A stretch of 64,000 nucleotides of DNA from an uncultured Spartobacteria bacterium (GTDB taxonomy: Bacteria > Verrucomicrobiota > Verrucomicrobiia > Chthoniobacterales > UBA6821), in NCBI GenBank assembly GCA_903868795.1, contig CAIPWR010000145.1:600-64599 (forward strand), given 5' to 3'. This document shows positions 35,960-45,735 of this stretch, one piece after another. The position numbers were made by a program, and so were the translations under genes. The notes beneath the pieces were generated by a model that saw only the letters and a list, made by a program, of their open reading frames with translations, searched no databases and was not told the origin of the DNA. Numbering within the stretch: the first letter of the stretch is position 1; each line of letters opens with the position of its first letter.

Positions 35960-36959
35960 TCCCCTTGCAGATCGTCCCGTTAGGACCGCTTCCATCATCG
36001 GCACCGGCAGCTATACACCGGACCGCGTCATGACCAATGCCGATTTGGAGAAGTTGGTTGAGACAAGCGACGAGTGGATCCAGTCTCGTACCGGCATTCG
36101 AGAACGCCGTATTGCCGGTCCCGAGCAGCCGACAAGCGACCTTGCTGCCCGCGCGGCCCAATCCGCGATCGAGAACGCCGGCATCAGCGCGGAAGAGATT
36201 GACCTGATTATCTGCGCGACCTGCACGCCGGATATGTTCTTTCCGAACACTGCCTGCTTCGTTCAGACCAAAATTGGTGCGGTGAATGCCGCCTGCTTTG
36301 ACCTCTCCGCCGCCTGCTCAGGCTTCCTCTTTGGAGTCGAGACGGCCCGCCAGTACATTGCCTCCGGCACGTACGAGACCGTCCTTGTGATTGGTGCGGA
36401 TAAACTCTCAGGCATTGTTGATTGGACCGATAGGAATACATGCGTCCTCTTCGGTGATGGGGCCGGTGCCGCCATCCTGCGTCATTCTCCAGAATCCCGA
36501 GGGGTAATGGCCAGTCGTATGGGAAGCGACGGTCGTCTTGCTGAGATCCTCTACATTCCAGGTGGTGGCAGTGCCCATCCGGCCGGTGGTCCGACCTCCG
36601 CAGAGAATCCCGTTACCATGAAGATGAATGGACGCGAGACCTACAAGCATGCCGTGACCGCCATGGTCAGCGCTTCCCAGAAGGTGCTTGAGGATGCAGG
36701 GGTCTCTCCTGACGAGGTAGCCTGCTTCATTCCTCACCAGGCCAATCTCCGCATCATCGAGGCCATCGCTGATCGGCTCAATATTTCCATGGACCGCTTC
36801 ATGGTCAATCTCGACCGCTATGGCAATACCTCCGCTGCAGCCGTTGCCATCGCTCTCGACGAGGCGGCGCGCTCAGGTCGCTTCCAGCGCGGAGATAAGA
36901 TCCTGATGGTTGTGTTTGGTGGGGGGCTCACCTGGGCCTCCACCGTCGTCGAGTGGTAG
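35949..36959 (+). CDS. fabH: 3-oxoacyl-ACP synthase III
   Basis: ACSGF active-site Cys, HQAN and GNTSAA motifs. Start taken at MPSNPL (35949), overlapping the plsX end. Confidence 0.95.
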   Translation: MPSNPLADRPVRTASIIGTGSYTPDRVMTNADLEKLVETSDEWIQSRTGIRERRIAGPEQPTSDLAARAAQSAIENAGISAEEIDLIICATCTPDMFFPNTACFVQTKIGAVNAACFDLSAACSGFLFGVETARQYIASGTYETVLVIGADKLSGIVDWTDRNTCVLFGDGAGAAILRHSPESRGVMASRMGSDGRLAEILYIPGGGSAHPAGGPTSAENPVTMKMNGRETYKHAVTAMVSASQKVLEDAGVSPDEVACFIPHQANLRIIEAIADRLNISMDRFMVNLDRYGNTSAAAVAIALDEAARSGRFQRGDKILMVVFGGGLTWASTVVEW

Positions 36960-37007
36960 TCTGTCCTGGCGGCTGCTTTTGAGCGTTGCCTGCGGTGCTA
37001 TTCATTC

Positions 37008-37034
37008 GCCGTAGGTTTAGCTACGGCTTCACTC
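37008..37034 (+). repeat. Hairpin carrying the GGTTTAGCT core plus the GGCTTCACTC tail (downstream of fabH)
   Basis: GCCGTAG-GTTTAG-CTACGGC (7-bp stem) followed by TTCACTC. The 10-mer GGCTTCACTC recurs at 23089-23098. Confidence 0.55.
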
Positions 37035-37060
37035 ATGCCGAGAATGGGGAATGAGTTAAA

Positions 37061-37086
37061 AGGTTAAAATCGTTACAAGGTTAAAA
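37061..37086 (+). repeat. AT-rich direct repeat AGGTTAAAA x2 in the long fabH/aroB convergent spacer
   Basis: AGGTTAAAA occurs at 37061-37069 and 37078-37086, in a locally AT-rich island. Confidence 0.6.
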
Positions 37087-37225
37087 AGTGGATCTACGAC
37101 CGCCTTTCAAGAGCCTCACGGACAGCCCAATAACCAAGGCTGTAAAAAATTCATCATGGAGAGCATGAAGCACATGGAGGAATGGCTTTCTTGCAGTCTT
37201 TTTTCACATTTTAACTCGGTAGAGA

Positions 37226-37242
37226 CTCACCTTTCAGGTGAG
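37226..37242 (-). terminator. Candidate hairpin downstream of aroB
   Basis: CTCACC-TTTCA-GGTGAG (6-bp stem), 57 nt after the aroB stop. No clear U-tract follows it. Confidence 0.3.
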
Positions 37243-37298
37243 AGATTCGAATCCGTTAACCCGCCGCTATCACAAAATCTGGGATTAAGGAGCTGGTT

Positions 37299-38387
37299 TC
37301 AGGAGAGCCTGCCAATCGCTTTACTCACCTCGTCCATAGTCACCTTATCACTGACGAAGGCGGTGCCGAGTTGGCTGGTGAGTACAAAGCGGATGGCACC
37401 GGCATCGAATTTCTTATCGCGGCTTAGAGCGTCGAGGATGGAGTCGGTCGGGAGATCGGTTGGAATAGTGGTTGGGAGACCGCATGCAATGATGACCCTC
37501 TTCACACGCTCGGCCTGATCGCTTGGTAGTCCTGTTAGGCGGACTGAAAGGTCAAGGGCGGCGATCATGCCGATTGCGACGCACTCCCCATGGGAGAGCT
37601 TCCCATAGCCTGCGACGGACTCAATGGCATGTCCGATGGTATGGCCGAAATTCAGGAGTGCACGCGTTCCCTTGGTCTCGAATTCATCCTCGCCGACGAT
37701 GTGGGCCTTGATGGCAACATTCCGCGCGATGAGAGGACTCAGGTTGCTGGTGCGGTCCGGGGGTAGGAGAGGAAGCATTTCCTCATCGGCAATCACGGCA
37801 TGTTTGATCGCCTCGGCAAGCCCTTCCTGAAAGATTCTTTCGGGCAGGGTGGAAAGTGTGGCCGTGTCGGAGAGCACAAGGCGGGGCTGATGGAAGGTGC
37901 CAATCAGATTTTTACCCAGAGGACTGTTCACTCCAGTCTTGCCTCCGATGGAACTGTCAACTTGGGCGACGACCGTGGTCGGCAATTGGATGACGGGAAT
38001 GCCTCTGTAATGGATCGAGGCCACGAATCCGGCCAGATCTCCGACAACGCCGCCACCAAGTGCAAAGACGGCGCTCTTGCGATCCAATCCAAGCTGAATC
38101 ATCCGGTTGCAGAGATCGGCGGCAACCGCCATCGATTTGGAAGCTTCACCCTTGGGGACTGTTAGTAAGTGCGGTTCAAATCCGGAACTCCGCAGGGATT
38201 CAATGACTCCAGAGGCATGAAGTGCAGCAACGACCTCATCCGAAATCACGACACAGCGGCATGGTTTGAGCACCTTGGAGGCAAGTTCACCGGTTTGGGT
38301 AAGAATACCGGATCCGATCAGGATCTCGTAAGGAGAGTTCTGAAGCGGGAGTGGAATGGTGATCGGGGAAGAGGGCATTGGAATCAA
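37299..38387 (-). CDS. aroB: 3-dehydroquinate synthase
   Basis: GGGVVGDLAGF, LNFGHTIGHA and HGECVAIG. Confidence 0.95.
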   Translation of the reverse strand: MIPMPSSPITIPLPLQNSPYEILIGSGILTQTGELASKVLKPCRCVVISDEVVAALHASGVIESLRSSGFEPHLLTVPKGEASKSMAVAADLCNRMIQLGLDRKSAVFALGGGVVGDLAGFVASIHYRGIPVIQLPTTVVAQVDSSIGGKTGVNSPLGKNLIGTFHQPRLVLSDTATLSTLPERIFQEGLAEAIKHAVIADEEMLPLLPPDRTSNLSPLIARNVAIKAHIVGEDEFETKGTRALLNFGHTIGHAIESVAGYGKLSHGECVAIGMIAALDLSVRLTGLPSDQAERVKRVIIACGLPTTIPTDLPTDSILDALSRDKKFDAGAIRFVLTSQLGTAFVSDKVTMDEVSKAIGRLS

Positions 38388-38487
38388 AGGCTGAAGGATG
38401 AATGAAGAATGATGAAGGGGGAGAAAAGCGAAATCGTCACAGAACAGGGATCCTTTTCCTACTTCCGACTGCTGACTTCAACCTTGT

Positions 38488-38507
38488 AGAGCCCTTGGCT
38501 CTAACAG
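38488..38507 (-). repeat. Stop-adjacent CTGTTAG plus hairpin (downstream of the L,D-transpeptidase gene)
   Basis: In gene sense it reads TAG-CTGTTAG-AGAGCC-AAG-GGCTCT, with CTGTTAG overlapping the first stem bases (6-bp stem, 3-nt loop). Confidence 0.5.
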
Positions 38508-39134
38508 CTACTTTTCAACCGTGACGGGTGTGCCGACCGGTGTTACGTCGAAGAAGATCCTGGCCATTCTATCGGGTAGACGGATGCAGCCGTGGGAATC
38601 GGGAATTCCTGGCAGGAAGCCGGTGTGCATTCCGACTCCGGGAGCAAACTGCATGAACCATGGCATGGAGGAACCTTGGAAATGAGCTCCGGGAGGAGGC
38701 ACATCCACTTTAAAGGTCACATTTTTCACAACGACATTTCCCGAGGCGTCAACAAAGTCACCATAGAGATTGGAGGCATGCTCCTTCTCCTTCTTCTGAA
38801 CCTTGAAATTACCAACCGGAGAGTCATGCCCCTCTCTTCCCGTGGAGACTGCGGAGATTCCCACCAGTTTGCCTCCCCTGTAATAGAAGAGTTTCTGCTG
38901 ACTGATATTGATGACGATATGAGCCGGTCCGTTGACGGCCTCTCCAGCCCAATAGGAGATCCTGTCCGCCAGTGAGGCCGTGGAGGTTCTTGTCACGATG
39001 GAACCATCCGTCCCGAGATACTGGGTCGCAGTTGAGTTCAGTCGGCCATCATACGAGGCGCAGCCTCCGAGCATCAGCATTGCCACGCAGGCAACCGCAA
39101 GCGGGAGTGATCGTTTGAGAAAAAGAGATGACAT
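38508..39134 (-). CDS. L,D-transpeptidase (YkuD domain) lipoprotein
   Basis: Lipobox LGGC. YkuD catalytic motif HGCIRL, preceded by GMHTGFLPGIPDS. Confidence 0.88.
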   Translation of the reverse strand: MSSLFLKRSLPLAVACVAMLMLGGCASYDGRLNSTATQYLGTDGSIVTRTSTASLADRISYWAGEAVNGPAHIVINISQQKLFYYRGGKLVGISAVSTGREGHDSPVGNFKVQKKEKEHASNLYGDFVDASGNVVVKNVTFKVDVPPPGAHFQGSSMPWFMQFAPGVGMHTGFLPGIPDSHGCIRLPDRMARIFFDVTPVGTPVTVEK

Positions 39135-39195
39135 GAGCCTTTATACTTATGGACGGGATCTCTTTCTAGTCAAGTGGAGCGGTTGACAAGATGCC

Positions 39196-40230
39196 TCAAT
39201 CGATGTGAACGGACGCAGGAATCGGAGCGGGTGTGGGTAAGGGATCGGGCTTCTTTTTCTTTCCCCTCTGAGGGGTAGGGGTCGGTTGCTCCGGGGTGGG
39301 CAATGGAACGGGACGGTCGGAGAGGTTTGGAATGCTTCCTGGGGTTGGGGTGGCTTTTGGATCGAACAAGGTGCCTCCCACGACTGAGATGGTGCCATCG
39401 TCGAAGCGCTTGAGTTGAGGGCGTGTTTTTGGGGCGTTGTAGGAGAGTTGTTCGAGGATCTTTCCGTCCAGACCGACTTTGGTGTAGATGAATTCGTGAG
39501 GCACGTTGTTCTGCAGCACATGGATGGTATTGGAGGCATCAAGCAGGATATCGGGCTTCCCATAGGAGATGTAGTCCCCCAGTCGGTGAGTGCAGTAGAC
39601 AATCCCGGCATCCTTGTCCTCGATTCTGAGGTAGAGATCCGTCCGTTCCGTAAGGCGATGGGAGAGGAGGCTGATGGTGCGACTTCCCCCCCTGAGGCCG
39701 TCGGTCGTGGGGACTCCGACGGTCTGCTGCCAGAGGAGGCGTCCTTCCGTGATCTCGATCGTGAGCGGAGGGCTGCTGAAATAGTTCGAGAGTTCCGCGG
39801 AGTAGACGCTTGCCCTGATCCTGTAGGAACCGAAGTCGGTGATCGGGTAGAGTTGAACGAGGTTGATGGTGCGGGTAATCGATTCCCCGGGTCCGACCTT
39901 GATCGGTTCAATCTCATAGTCGGGGTTGGAGGGTGGGATGGGTCGTCCATCAAGGGTTTCTACTTGGAAGCCAAACCACTTCTTCCCCTCCACATCAGCG
40001 AGAAGGAGTGGATTGCCTGAGAGGTTGGTGATCCGTACGGTCGCGAGAAGCGGTTCATAGGCAATGTACAGCACCCTCTTGATGGAGAGATCCACCAGGA
40101 TCTGGGCATGAAGTCTGGCCGGAAGAATGGACATCATGCCCAGTACCAGCATGAGAAGTAGTGACCTGGCGCCGGCAACTCTGGGGTGTTGCCCGATGGG
40201 ATTCATGATTGCGGGGGAAGGAAGCATCAC
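39196..40230 (-). CDS. Exported protein of unknown function (beta-rich, Pro-rich C-terminal tail)
   Basis: 344 aa with a signal peptide ending ARLHAQ. I recognise no family. The C-terminal tail is P/T/K-rich. Start overlaps the upstream stop. Confidence 0.6.
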   Translation of the reverse strand: MMLPSPAIMNPIGQHPRVAGARSLLLMLVLGMMSILPARLHAQILVDLSIKRVLYIAYEPLLATVRITNLSGNPLLLADVEGKKWFGFQVETLDGRPIPPSNPDYEIEPIKVGPGESITRTINLVQLYPITDFGSYRIRASVYSAELSNYFSSPPLTIEITEGRLLWQQTVGVPTTDGLRGGSRTISLLSHRLTERTDLYLRIEDKDAGIVYCTHRLGDYISYGKPDILLDASNTIHVLQNNVPHEFIYTKVGLDGKILEQLSYNAPKTRPQLKRFDDGTISVVGGTLFDPKATPTPGSIPNLSDRPVPLPTPEQPTPTPQRGKKKKPDPLPTPAPIPASVHID

Positions 40231-41045
40231 TCGTCCGTTCCGATATAATACTTGGGCTCGAAAAGCTTCTGGAGTCGAGCAGGTTGAGAGCGGCAGTCCT
40301 GGAGGTCTCCCTTATAATAAACAGCGATCACATAGCCGGCGAATTTGACCCCAGGGTCTACTGATTCGGGGAGGTATTTCACCTCGACGAGTTGGGGTGC
40401 GCCGCTTTCCCAGTTCAGCCATTTGGAGGTGACTTGCGCCTTGCTTGGAACGATCTCATCCCCGTCTTGGTCATAGAAGTAGACCTGAACCTTTTCCAAC
40501 GAGCTGTCGATTTGCTCGCGAGAGCTTCCCTTGATGGCTACCTGAAGTTTCTTGGAGCCATCTTCCGAGTCCGAGAGACGGGCGTTGACGATCTGAAGCG
40601 ATGCCTCTCCATTCACCGCGGCATCAGCAGGGGGTTGGCGAGGGGGAAACTCCTCCTTGTCGTTGGAAAAAGTCTGTTTTACTGAGGAAGTGGTCAGTGG
40701 GGAGTCGGCAGCCTGCTGGTCTTGTGGAAGAGTGGTCGGTGACGGCTGGCTGGCTGGCTGGGAGACAGGGAGCTGAGGAGTGGAGGGGCTTGTGACGGGA
40801 TTGTTGTAGGTGGACGGCGTCCCCTGCAACTGGGCTTGTGATTGTGTTTGCAAGGCAGGGTTGGCAGCCCTCAGTCCGGAAACAAAACGGGGGGCGAGAG
40901 CGATCGCCGCGAGAATCACCTCGATCAGTGCAATAGCACTGAGGACCCAGATCGCTACCCGAACGGGAGTGCTACGATCGGGACGAGATGTTCCGGTGGA
41001 GGAATTGGCAACCATGAGACGTAGTGAATCTAGTTCTGAAGCCAT
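40227..41045 (-). CDS. Membrane-anchored protein of unknown function (N-terminal TM, P/Q/S/T linker, C-terminal beta domain)
   Basis: 272 aa. TM helix VAIWVLSAIALIEVILAAIALA, then a low-complexity linker of about 90 aa, then a globular C-terminus. I recognise no family. Confidence 0.6.
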   Translation of the reverse strand: MASELDSLRLMVANSSTGTSRPDRSTPVRVAIWVLSAIALIEVILAAIALAPRFVSGLRAANPALQTQSQAQLQGTPSTYNNPVTSPSTPQLPVSQPASQPSPTTLPQDQQAADSPLTTSSVKQTFSNDKEEFPPRQPPADAAVNGEASLQIVNARLSDSEDGSKKLQVAIKGSSREQIDSSLEKVQVYFYDQDGDEIVPSKAQVTSKWLNWESGAPQLVEVKYLPESVDPGVKFAGYVIAVYYKGDLQDCRSQPARLQKLFEPKYYIGTDE

Positions 41046-41138
41046 GCCCTTCGCAAGCGTGGGCGAATCGGAACTTGGAAGGGCATCTTGGAAAGGGTGG
41101 TGGGTGAGAGTCAGAGGAGCATCAACGAGGATAACGGA

Positions 41139-42311
41139 TCAGTTGGCAGGTTCCTCAATCATGGTGACGCTGAGTTGGAGCGGTTTCCCTGCGCGAAGGA
41201 TCTCGAGGCTGATAGGCGGCCCGACATCGGCTTCGGCCACGCGGTTCCGCAGGTCCTTCCCGTCACGGATCGGATGACCGTTAAAGGAAGTAATCACGTC
41301 TCCGCCAACCAGGCCGCTTCGTTCAGCCGGGGATCCCACCAAGGTCGCTGCGACCAGGGCACCGTTTGCGTCGGGGAGTCCGAGTTGTTTCGCCAAACTG
41401 GCATTCAGCGGGCGCATCACGATCCCGAACCATGGGTGAATGACATGACCTCGGTGCACGATGTCCTCGTAGACCCGCCGCGCCACATTGGAGGGAATGG
41501 CAAAACCGATCCCCTCGGAGCCGCCGCTCCTGCTGAGGATGAAGTTATTGATGCCGATGACCTTGCCATGAATATCAACGAGGGGGCCGCCGGAGTTGCC
41601 GGGATTGATGGTCGTGCTGGTCTGGAAAAATTCATTGGCAGCTTCGCTGGCGGTGCGGCGCCCCTTGGCGCTGATGATCCCTTGGGTCACCGTTTCCTGA
41701 AGTCCGAAAGGATTGCCCACGGCAAAGACCATCTGACCCACCTTGACCAGCTCCGAGTCACCGAAAGCAATCGGCTCGAGCCCCTCGGCTGCGATCTTTA
41801 AGACGGCAATGTCGGAACGCTGATCAGCACCCGCGATCGAAGCAGGAAGGGAGCGGCCGTCGCTCAGTTGAACGGTGACCTGTGAGGCGCCCTTCACGAC
41901 ATGCCAGTTGGTGACGATGTACCCTTCAGGGGAGACGATCATGCCTGAGCCCATCTTATTGTTCTGACTCACACCTCCACCCCCAAGGCCGAAGAATTGA
42001 CGGATCAAAGCATCACGATCCGGCGCCGTCGTGGTGATAATGCTGACCACGGAGGGAATCACATGCTCGACCAGTTCCGTGAATTCACGATCCATGATCT
42101 CAAGTGATCGGTCGGACTCCAGTGGCGTGCGCTCCCTCCGATCCTGCAAACCGGACCATCCGGAATGTGCCTGAGAGAGCTGAGGGAGGGGCTTGGATTG
42201 CATCAGTCGCCAGAAGGCGACACCCCCCACGGCAAGCGCCAGGGCGAAGAGAAAAAGCAGAAATGCAGGAAGATTGCCTCTACCTTTTTTGTAGGCTCTG
42301 AGAATCCTCAT
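41139..42311 (-). CDS. HtrA/DegS-like serine protease with one PDZ domain
   Basis: N-terminal TM. Catalytic triad context TNWHVV, SDIAVLKI and GNSGGPLV. A single C-terminal PDZ domain. Confidence 0.92.
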   Translation of the reverse strand: MRILRAYKKGRGNLPAFLLFLFALALAVGGVAFWRLMQSKPLPQLSQAHSGWSGLQDRRERTPLESDRSLEIMDREFTELVEHVIPSVVSIITTTAPDRDALIRQFFGLGGGGVSQNNKMGSGMIVSPEGYIVTNWHVVKGASQVTVQLSDGRSLPASIAGADQRSDIAVLKIAAEGLEPIAFGDSELVKVGQMVFAVGNPFGLQETVTQGIISAKGRRTASEAANEFFQTSTTINPGNSGGPLVDIHGKVIGINNFILSRSGGSEGIGFAIPSNVARRVYEDIVHRGHVIHPWFGIVMRPLNASLAKQLGLPDANGALVAATLVGSPAERSGLVGGDVITSFNGHPIRDGKDLRNRVAEADVGPPISLEILRAGKPLQLSVTMIEEPAN

Positions 42312-43015
42312 TTTTCGGGATCAAGACTGAGTCCTGAGAGAATCGCATCACGAAGGCCTCGCAGCGAGGCGCTCTCCTCCTTCGGGGATTGCCAGAGAAT
42401 GATGGCGAGAGTCCCGGTCTTCTCGTTGGCGCGCAGTACTTCGGTGATTTGCAGGGGTTGATCCCCCGCGACCGGGAAGTCGAAGCGAATTTCATGGAAG
42501 GCACCGTCTTGAGACTCGTGGAGCGGAGAGGCCTCCTCGCCCGCCTTGTCATGGGCCTCACGGGCGAGAGACATGGCGTATTCCGTCGCTTTTTGACCCG
42601 ACTCCCTCGCCCCGTTGCGATCAAGCGTCATGCTGAGACCGGTGGTGTAGGGATCATTCTCCCCGGAAATCTTTTCCTTGGTGGCGATAAGAACATCTCC
42701 TTCCAGGAGCTTGCCGGGAAGAAGCGTCCAATCACTGGGGAGTGAGATCGATCCATGGATCTCGGGCAACTCATGCCTGGTCAGCGTTGGCGGATTGGAG
42801 GTCGATGGATTCGTTGATAATCCGTTACTAGCAGGTGGATTCGTGGCTAGTTGAGTTGTTGCTGAGTTGGTGGGCGGTGCAGATACCGAGGGGGTCACCA
42901 GATTGGTCGCAGCGATGGAATTGGTGTTTGTACCGCCGGCCATGACCTCCCTTGGCATCAGGCAGAAGGTTGCGAATAAAAAGAGAATGGCCGATAAGAG
43001 AGGAAGGCGTTTCAT
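42308..43015 (-). CDS. Exported protein of unknown function
   Basis: 235 aa. Signal peptide, an S/T/N/P-rich linker and a globular domain of about 150 aa. ATGA overlaps on both sides. Confidence 0.6.
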   Translation of the reverse strand: MKRLPLLSAILFLFATFCLMPREVMAGGTNTNSIAATNLVTPSVSAPPTNSATTQLATNPPASNGLSTNPSTSNPPTLTRHELPEIHGSISLPSDWTLLPGKLLEGDVLIATKEKISGENDPYTTGLSMTLDRNGARESGQKATEYAMSLAREAHDKAGEEASPLHESQDGAFHEIRFDFPVAGDQPLQITEVLRANEKTGTLAIILWQSPKEESASLRGLRDAILSGLSLDPEK

Positions 43016-45735
43016 GGTTTGTTTGAGACGGGTTGATGTTGGAAATCTGGGAATCGTCGATGGAGTTCGTCGAGTGCTTTCTGGGCCTCTAACTGATTAC
43101 CCGCCTTGCCATACGCGTCGGCTGCGCGGGCCAGCGCCTTTGGCGCCAGGGAGGCGTCGTCGTAGAGGACAGCCACTGTGATGTAGGCCTTGGCCGCTCC
43201 GGAGTAGTCCTGTTTGGCCGCCAGCAGATCGCCGCTCAGAATACGAGCCTCGGCATTGATCGGTCCCTCCGGTTGAAGCAGCATCGCTTCCTCGACCATG
43301 GAGGAGGCCGCGGCATAATCCTTCAGTGATCGTTCGATTGCAGCGCTCATTAGCAGGGCCTTCGCACGGGCTGCCGGATCCTTGGCCATCTTCAGGCAGG
43401 CCGCTGCCGGTGTCTGCGCTTCTTTCAGTTTTCCCTGCATGATCAGGGACTGTGCGAGCGCTCCCTGAATCTCTGAATCCGTGTTTCCGGGCAGTCCTGA
43501 TTTTACAAGCGGAGCGAGAAACCGTTCTGCCTTTGCTGGATCACCAGCCTCCATGGTTTTCAGTCCAAGCCATCGTCCAACCTCAGGGGGGATGAGTGAG
43601 GGCTTCAAGGCCATGGCTTCACGTGAGGCTTCCCCTGCATCGTTCTGATCATATCGGGCTAGAAGGATCCGAAGCCCTGCCCGTTCTCCAAATTGCTTGG
43701 GATCTTCTTTACGGGCTTCGGCAAGTTCAGTGACGGCCGTGGCGTAATCCTTGTGATCCAGCGCGGTTAAACCGATCCAGTAATGGGCCTCGGGTCTGGC
43801 GCTGCTCTTAGGATAGTCATGAAGGAGCAGGGTGAAGGTCTTCACCATCTCTTCATTCTTCTGCTGCTGTCCAAGTAAGAGTGCCTTCTGCTGAAGCGCC
43901 AGCTCCCGTTCCGGTGCCTTAGGATAGCGGGTCTCAAGCAGGGTGAAATCATCCACCGCTGCATCAAAGTTCTTTTGTTTCAGATTGAGGAGTCCCCGTT
44001 GGGCGAGGCTTGCAGGAGTCCTCTCATCATCCGGGCAGGATTCGATGAAGTGTGTCAGAGCCACAATTGTTTCCGCCTGCAGGTCCGGGTTTACTGGCTT
44101 CGACTGATCGGAAGCACTCTGAGTGTTCGCTTGCATGAGGGCCCAAGCCTCCTTGTAGAGAAGGTCAGGCTTTGCTGATGGCGGCAAATCATTGGCTGGA
44201 AGATCATGATAGAGAAGCGCAGCTTCCTGGTACTTTGATGCCATGAGCGTGGACTCTGCCTTGAGTAACTGAGCTCGCGCCCTATCGGAGGGATCGCTCG
44301 CTGTCAGCAGGTAGTGGTCGATCTCCGTGGTCAGCTCAGGCTTTCGCATGGCATGGAGCACTAGGAGCCGTTGGAACGGAGCCTCGGCAGAGGCCTTGCT
44401 CCCCGGATACTCGCGGAGGATCGCATCGTAGTTCTCAAGCGCCTTGGCATTTTTGCCACTCTTTCTCAGTGCATTTGCCTGAAGAAGCAGGATTTCAGGT
44501 TTATTCTCGGAATCAGTGGCGAGCGCCCCATCCGCTGCTTTTAGAACGGCCGCGTTGTCCCCGGACTGTGCAGCAAGTCTCAAGGCTCCTAGAGAAGCGA
44601 CGCCTTGCCAGCGCCCTGAGTCTTTGGATGAGGCGACTCTCTCCAAAATCTTCCGAGCCTCATCGGGGTGTCCCAAGTCCGATTCCAACTGTGCCGCCTT
44701 TAGCGCAGCCTCGGAGAAGTTTTCGCCTTTGGTTTCCACGGACATGACCTCGTTGTAGTCGGCCAGCGCATCAGCTTTTTTTCCGGAGTTGGTGGCCAAT
44801 GATGCCAGATGCATCAGGGTGGGGGTTCGGTAGGGATTGGTCGCTGTCCCTATCATTTTCTCTGACGCCACGGAACGGAACAAAACCTCTCCTTCCTGTT
44901 GGCGACCGCTCTTCTCCAGACAGAGTGCCTGATGATAGAGTGCGGCAAGGCGAATCGAGGGATCGCTCGCCCCTTTGGCTGTCACTGCAAAATTATCCGC
45001 CGCGTTAGGATATTCGCCGCGTGCCTCCCTCATCTCTCCCAGGCGAAACGAAGATGAGGGGACATACTGACCATTCGGGTATTCGGTGATCAATTTCAGA
45101 AAGGTGCTCTCCGAGGCCGTCATGCTACCCATCTGGCGCTGAGATTCCCCCAGACGGTAGAGGGCGCGCTCCCTGTCAGGTGCTGTCTGTGGTGCCATGA
45201 TCAGGAATTTCTCATATTCGGGAATGGCCATTCCCGGCTGTTTTCTCCCATAGCAACCATCGGCAATGGCGAGCTGTGATGCCGCCAGTGCTGCAGGATC
45301 AGCAGTAACCGCAGGAGTCAGTCGAATGCTTCCGGGCGCATCGTTGGGGGAGGCTTCGGGATGAGCCGCAGCCGAAGAAGATGGGGCAGAAGCAGTGGGT
45401 GAGATCGATGGGGTCTCGAAAGAACGCTGTGATTGCGGCAACTGCGGCAAGGGGGTGGGAGCCGAAGTCGAGATTGAGCTGGGGTGTGCCGGAAGCGCCT
45501 TCCTCACCGGAATTGCTATTGGGGAGGACGTGGGAGTAGGCCGAGGAGTGGTCGTGGGTGTTGGAGTGAACGACTCCGTGACAGGAAGGGCCCTGCGGAC
45601 TTCTGGTTCGGGTGCGAGAGTTTGTGCCTGAAGGGTCGTGAAGGTGCACAACCCCGTTAGTAAGAGCCAAGCAAGCACAGCTCCGTATTCAGAGTGCATG
45701 CAATCACGAGAGGCATCTGAAATGGCTCTCTTCAT
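43012..45735 (-). CDS. Large TPR-repeat protein with an N-terminal hydrophobic anchor/signal and a Pro/Thr/Ser-rich spacer
   Basis: 907 aa. Hydrophobic N-terminus, then about 130 aa of P/T/S-rich sequence (TPTPTTTPRPTPTSSP...), then many TPR-like helical pairs. ATGA overlap with exbD. Confidence 0.8.
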   Translation of the reverse strand: MKRAISDASRDCMHSEYGAVLAWLLLTGLCTFTTLQAQTLAPEPEVRRALPVTESFTPTPTTTPRPTPTSSPIAIPVRKALPAHPSSISTSAPTPLPQLPQSQRSFETPSISPTASAPSSSAAAHPEASPNDAPGSIRLTPAVTADPAALAASQLAIADGCYGRKQPGMAIPEYEKFLIMAPQTAPDRERALYRLGESQRQMGSMTASESTFLKLITEYPNGQYVPSSSFRLGEMREARGEYPNAADNFAVTAKGASDPSIRLAALYHQALCLEKSGRQQEGEVLFRSVASEKMIGTATNPYRTPTLMHLASLATNSGKKADALADYNEVMSVETKGENFSEAALKAAQLESDLGHPDEARKILERVASSKDSGRWQGVASLGALRLAAQSGDNAAVLKAADGALATDSENKPEILLLQANALRKSGKNAKALENYDAILREYPGSKASAEAPFQRLLVLHAMRKPELTTEIDHYLLTASDPSDRARAQLLKAESTLMASKYQEAALLYHDLPANDLPPSAKPDLLYKEAWALMQANTQSASDQSKPVNPDLQAETIVALTHFIESCPDDERTPASLAQRGLLNLKQKNFDAAVDDFTLLETRYPKAPERELALQQKALLLGQQQKNEEMVKTFTLLLHDYPKSSARPEAHYWIGLTALDHKDYATAVTELAEARKEDPKQFGERAGLRILLARYDQNDAGEASREAMALKPSLIPPEVGRWLGLKTMEAGDPAKAERFLAPLVKSGLPGNTDSEIQGALAQSLIMQGKLKEAQTPAAACLKMAKDPAARAKALLMSAAIERSLKDYAAASSMVEEAMLLQPEGPINAEARILSGDLLAAKQDYSGAAKAYITVAVLYDDASLAPKALARAADAYGKAGNQLEAQKALDELHRRFPDFQHQPVSNKP

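Noticed and set aside
37244-37254. GATTCGAATCC, reminiscent of a tRNA T-loop
   Set aside because: The flanking bases cannot form a T-stem (AGAGA vs CCGTT). No acceptor, D or anticodon arms can be drawn.
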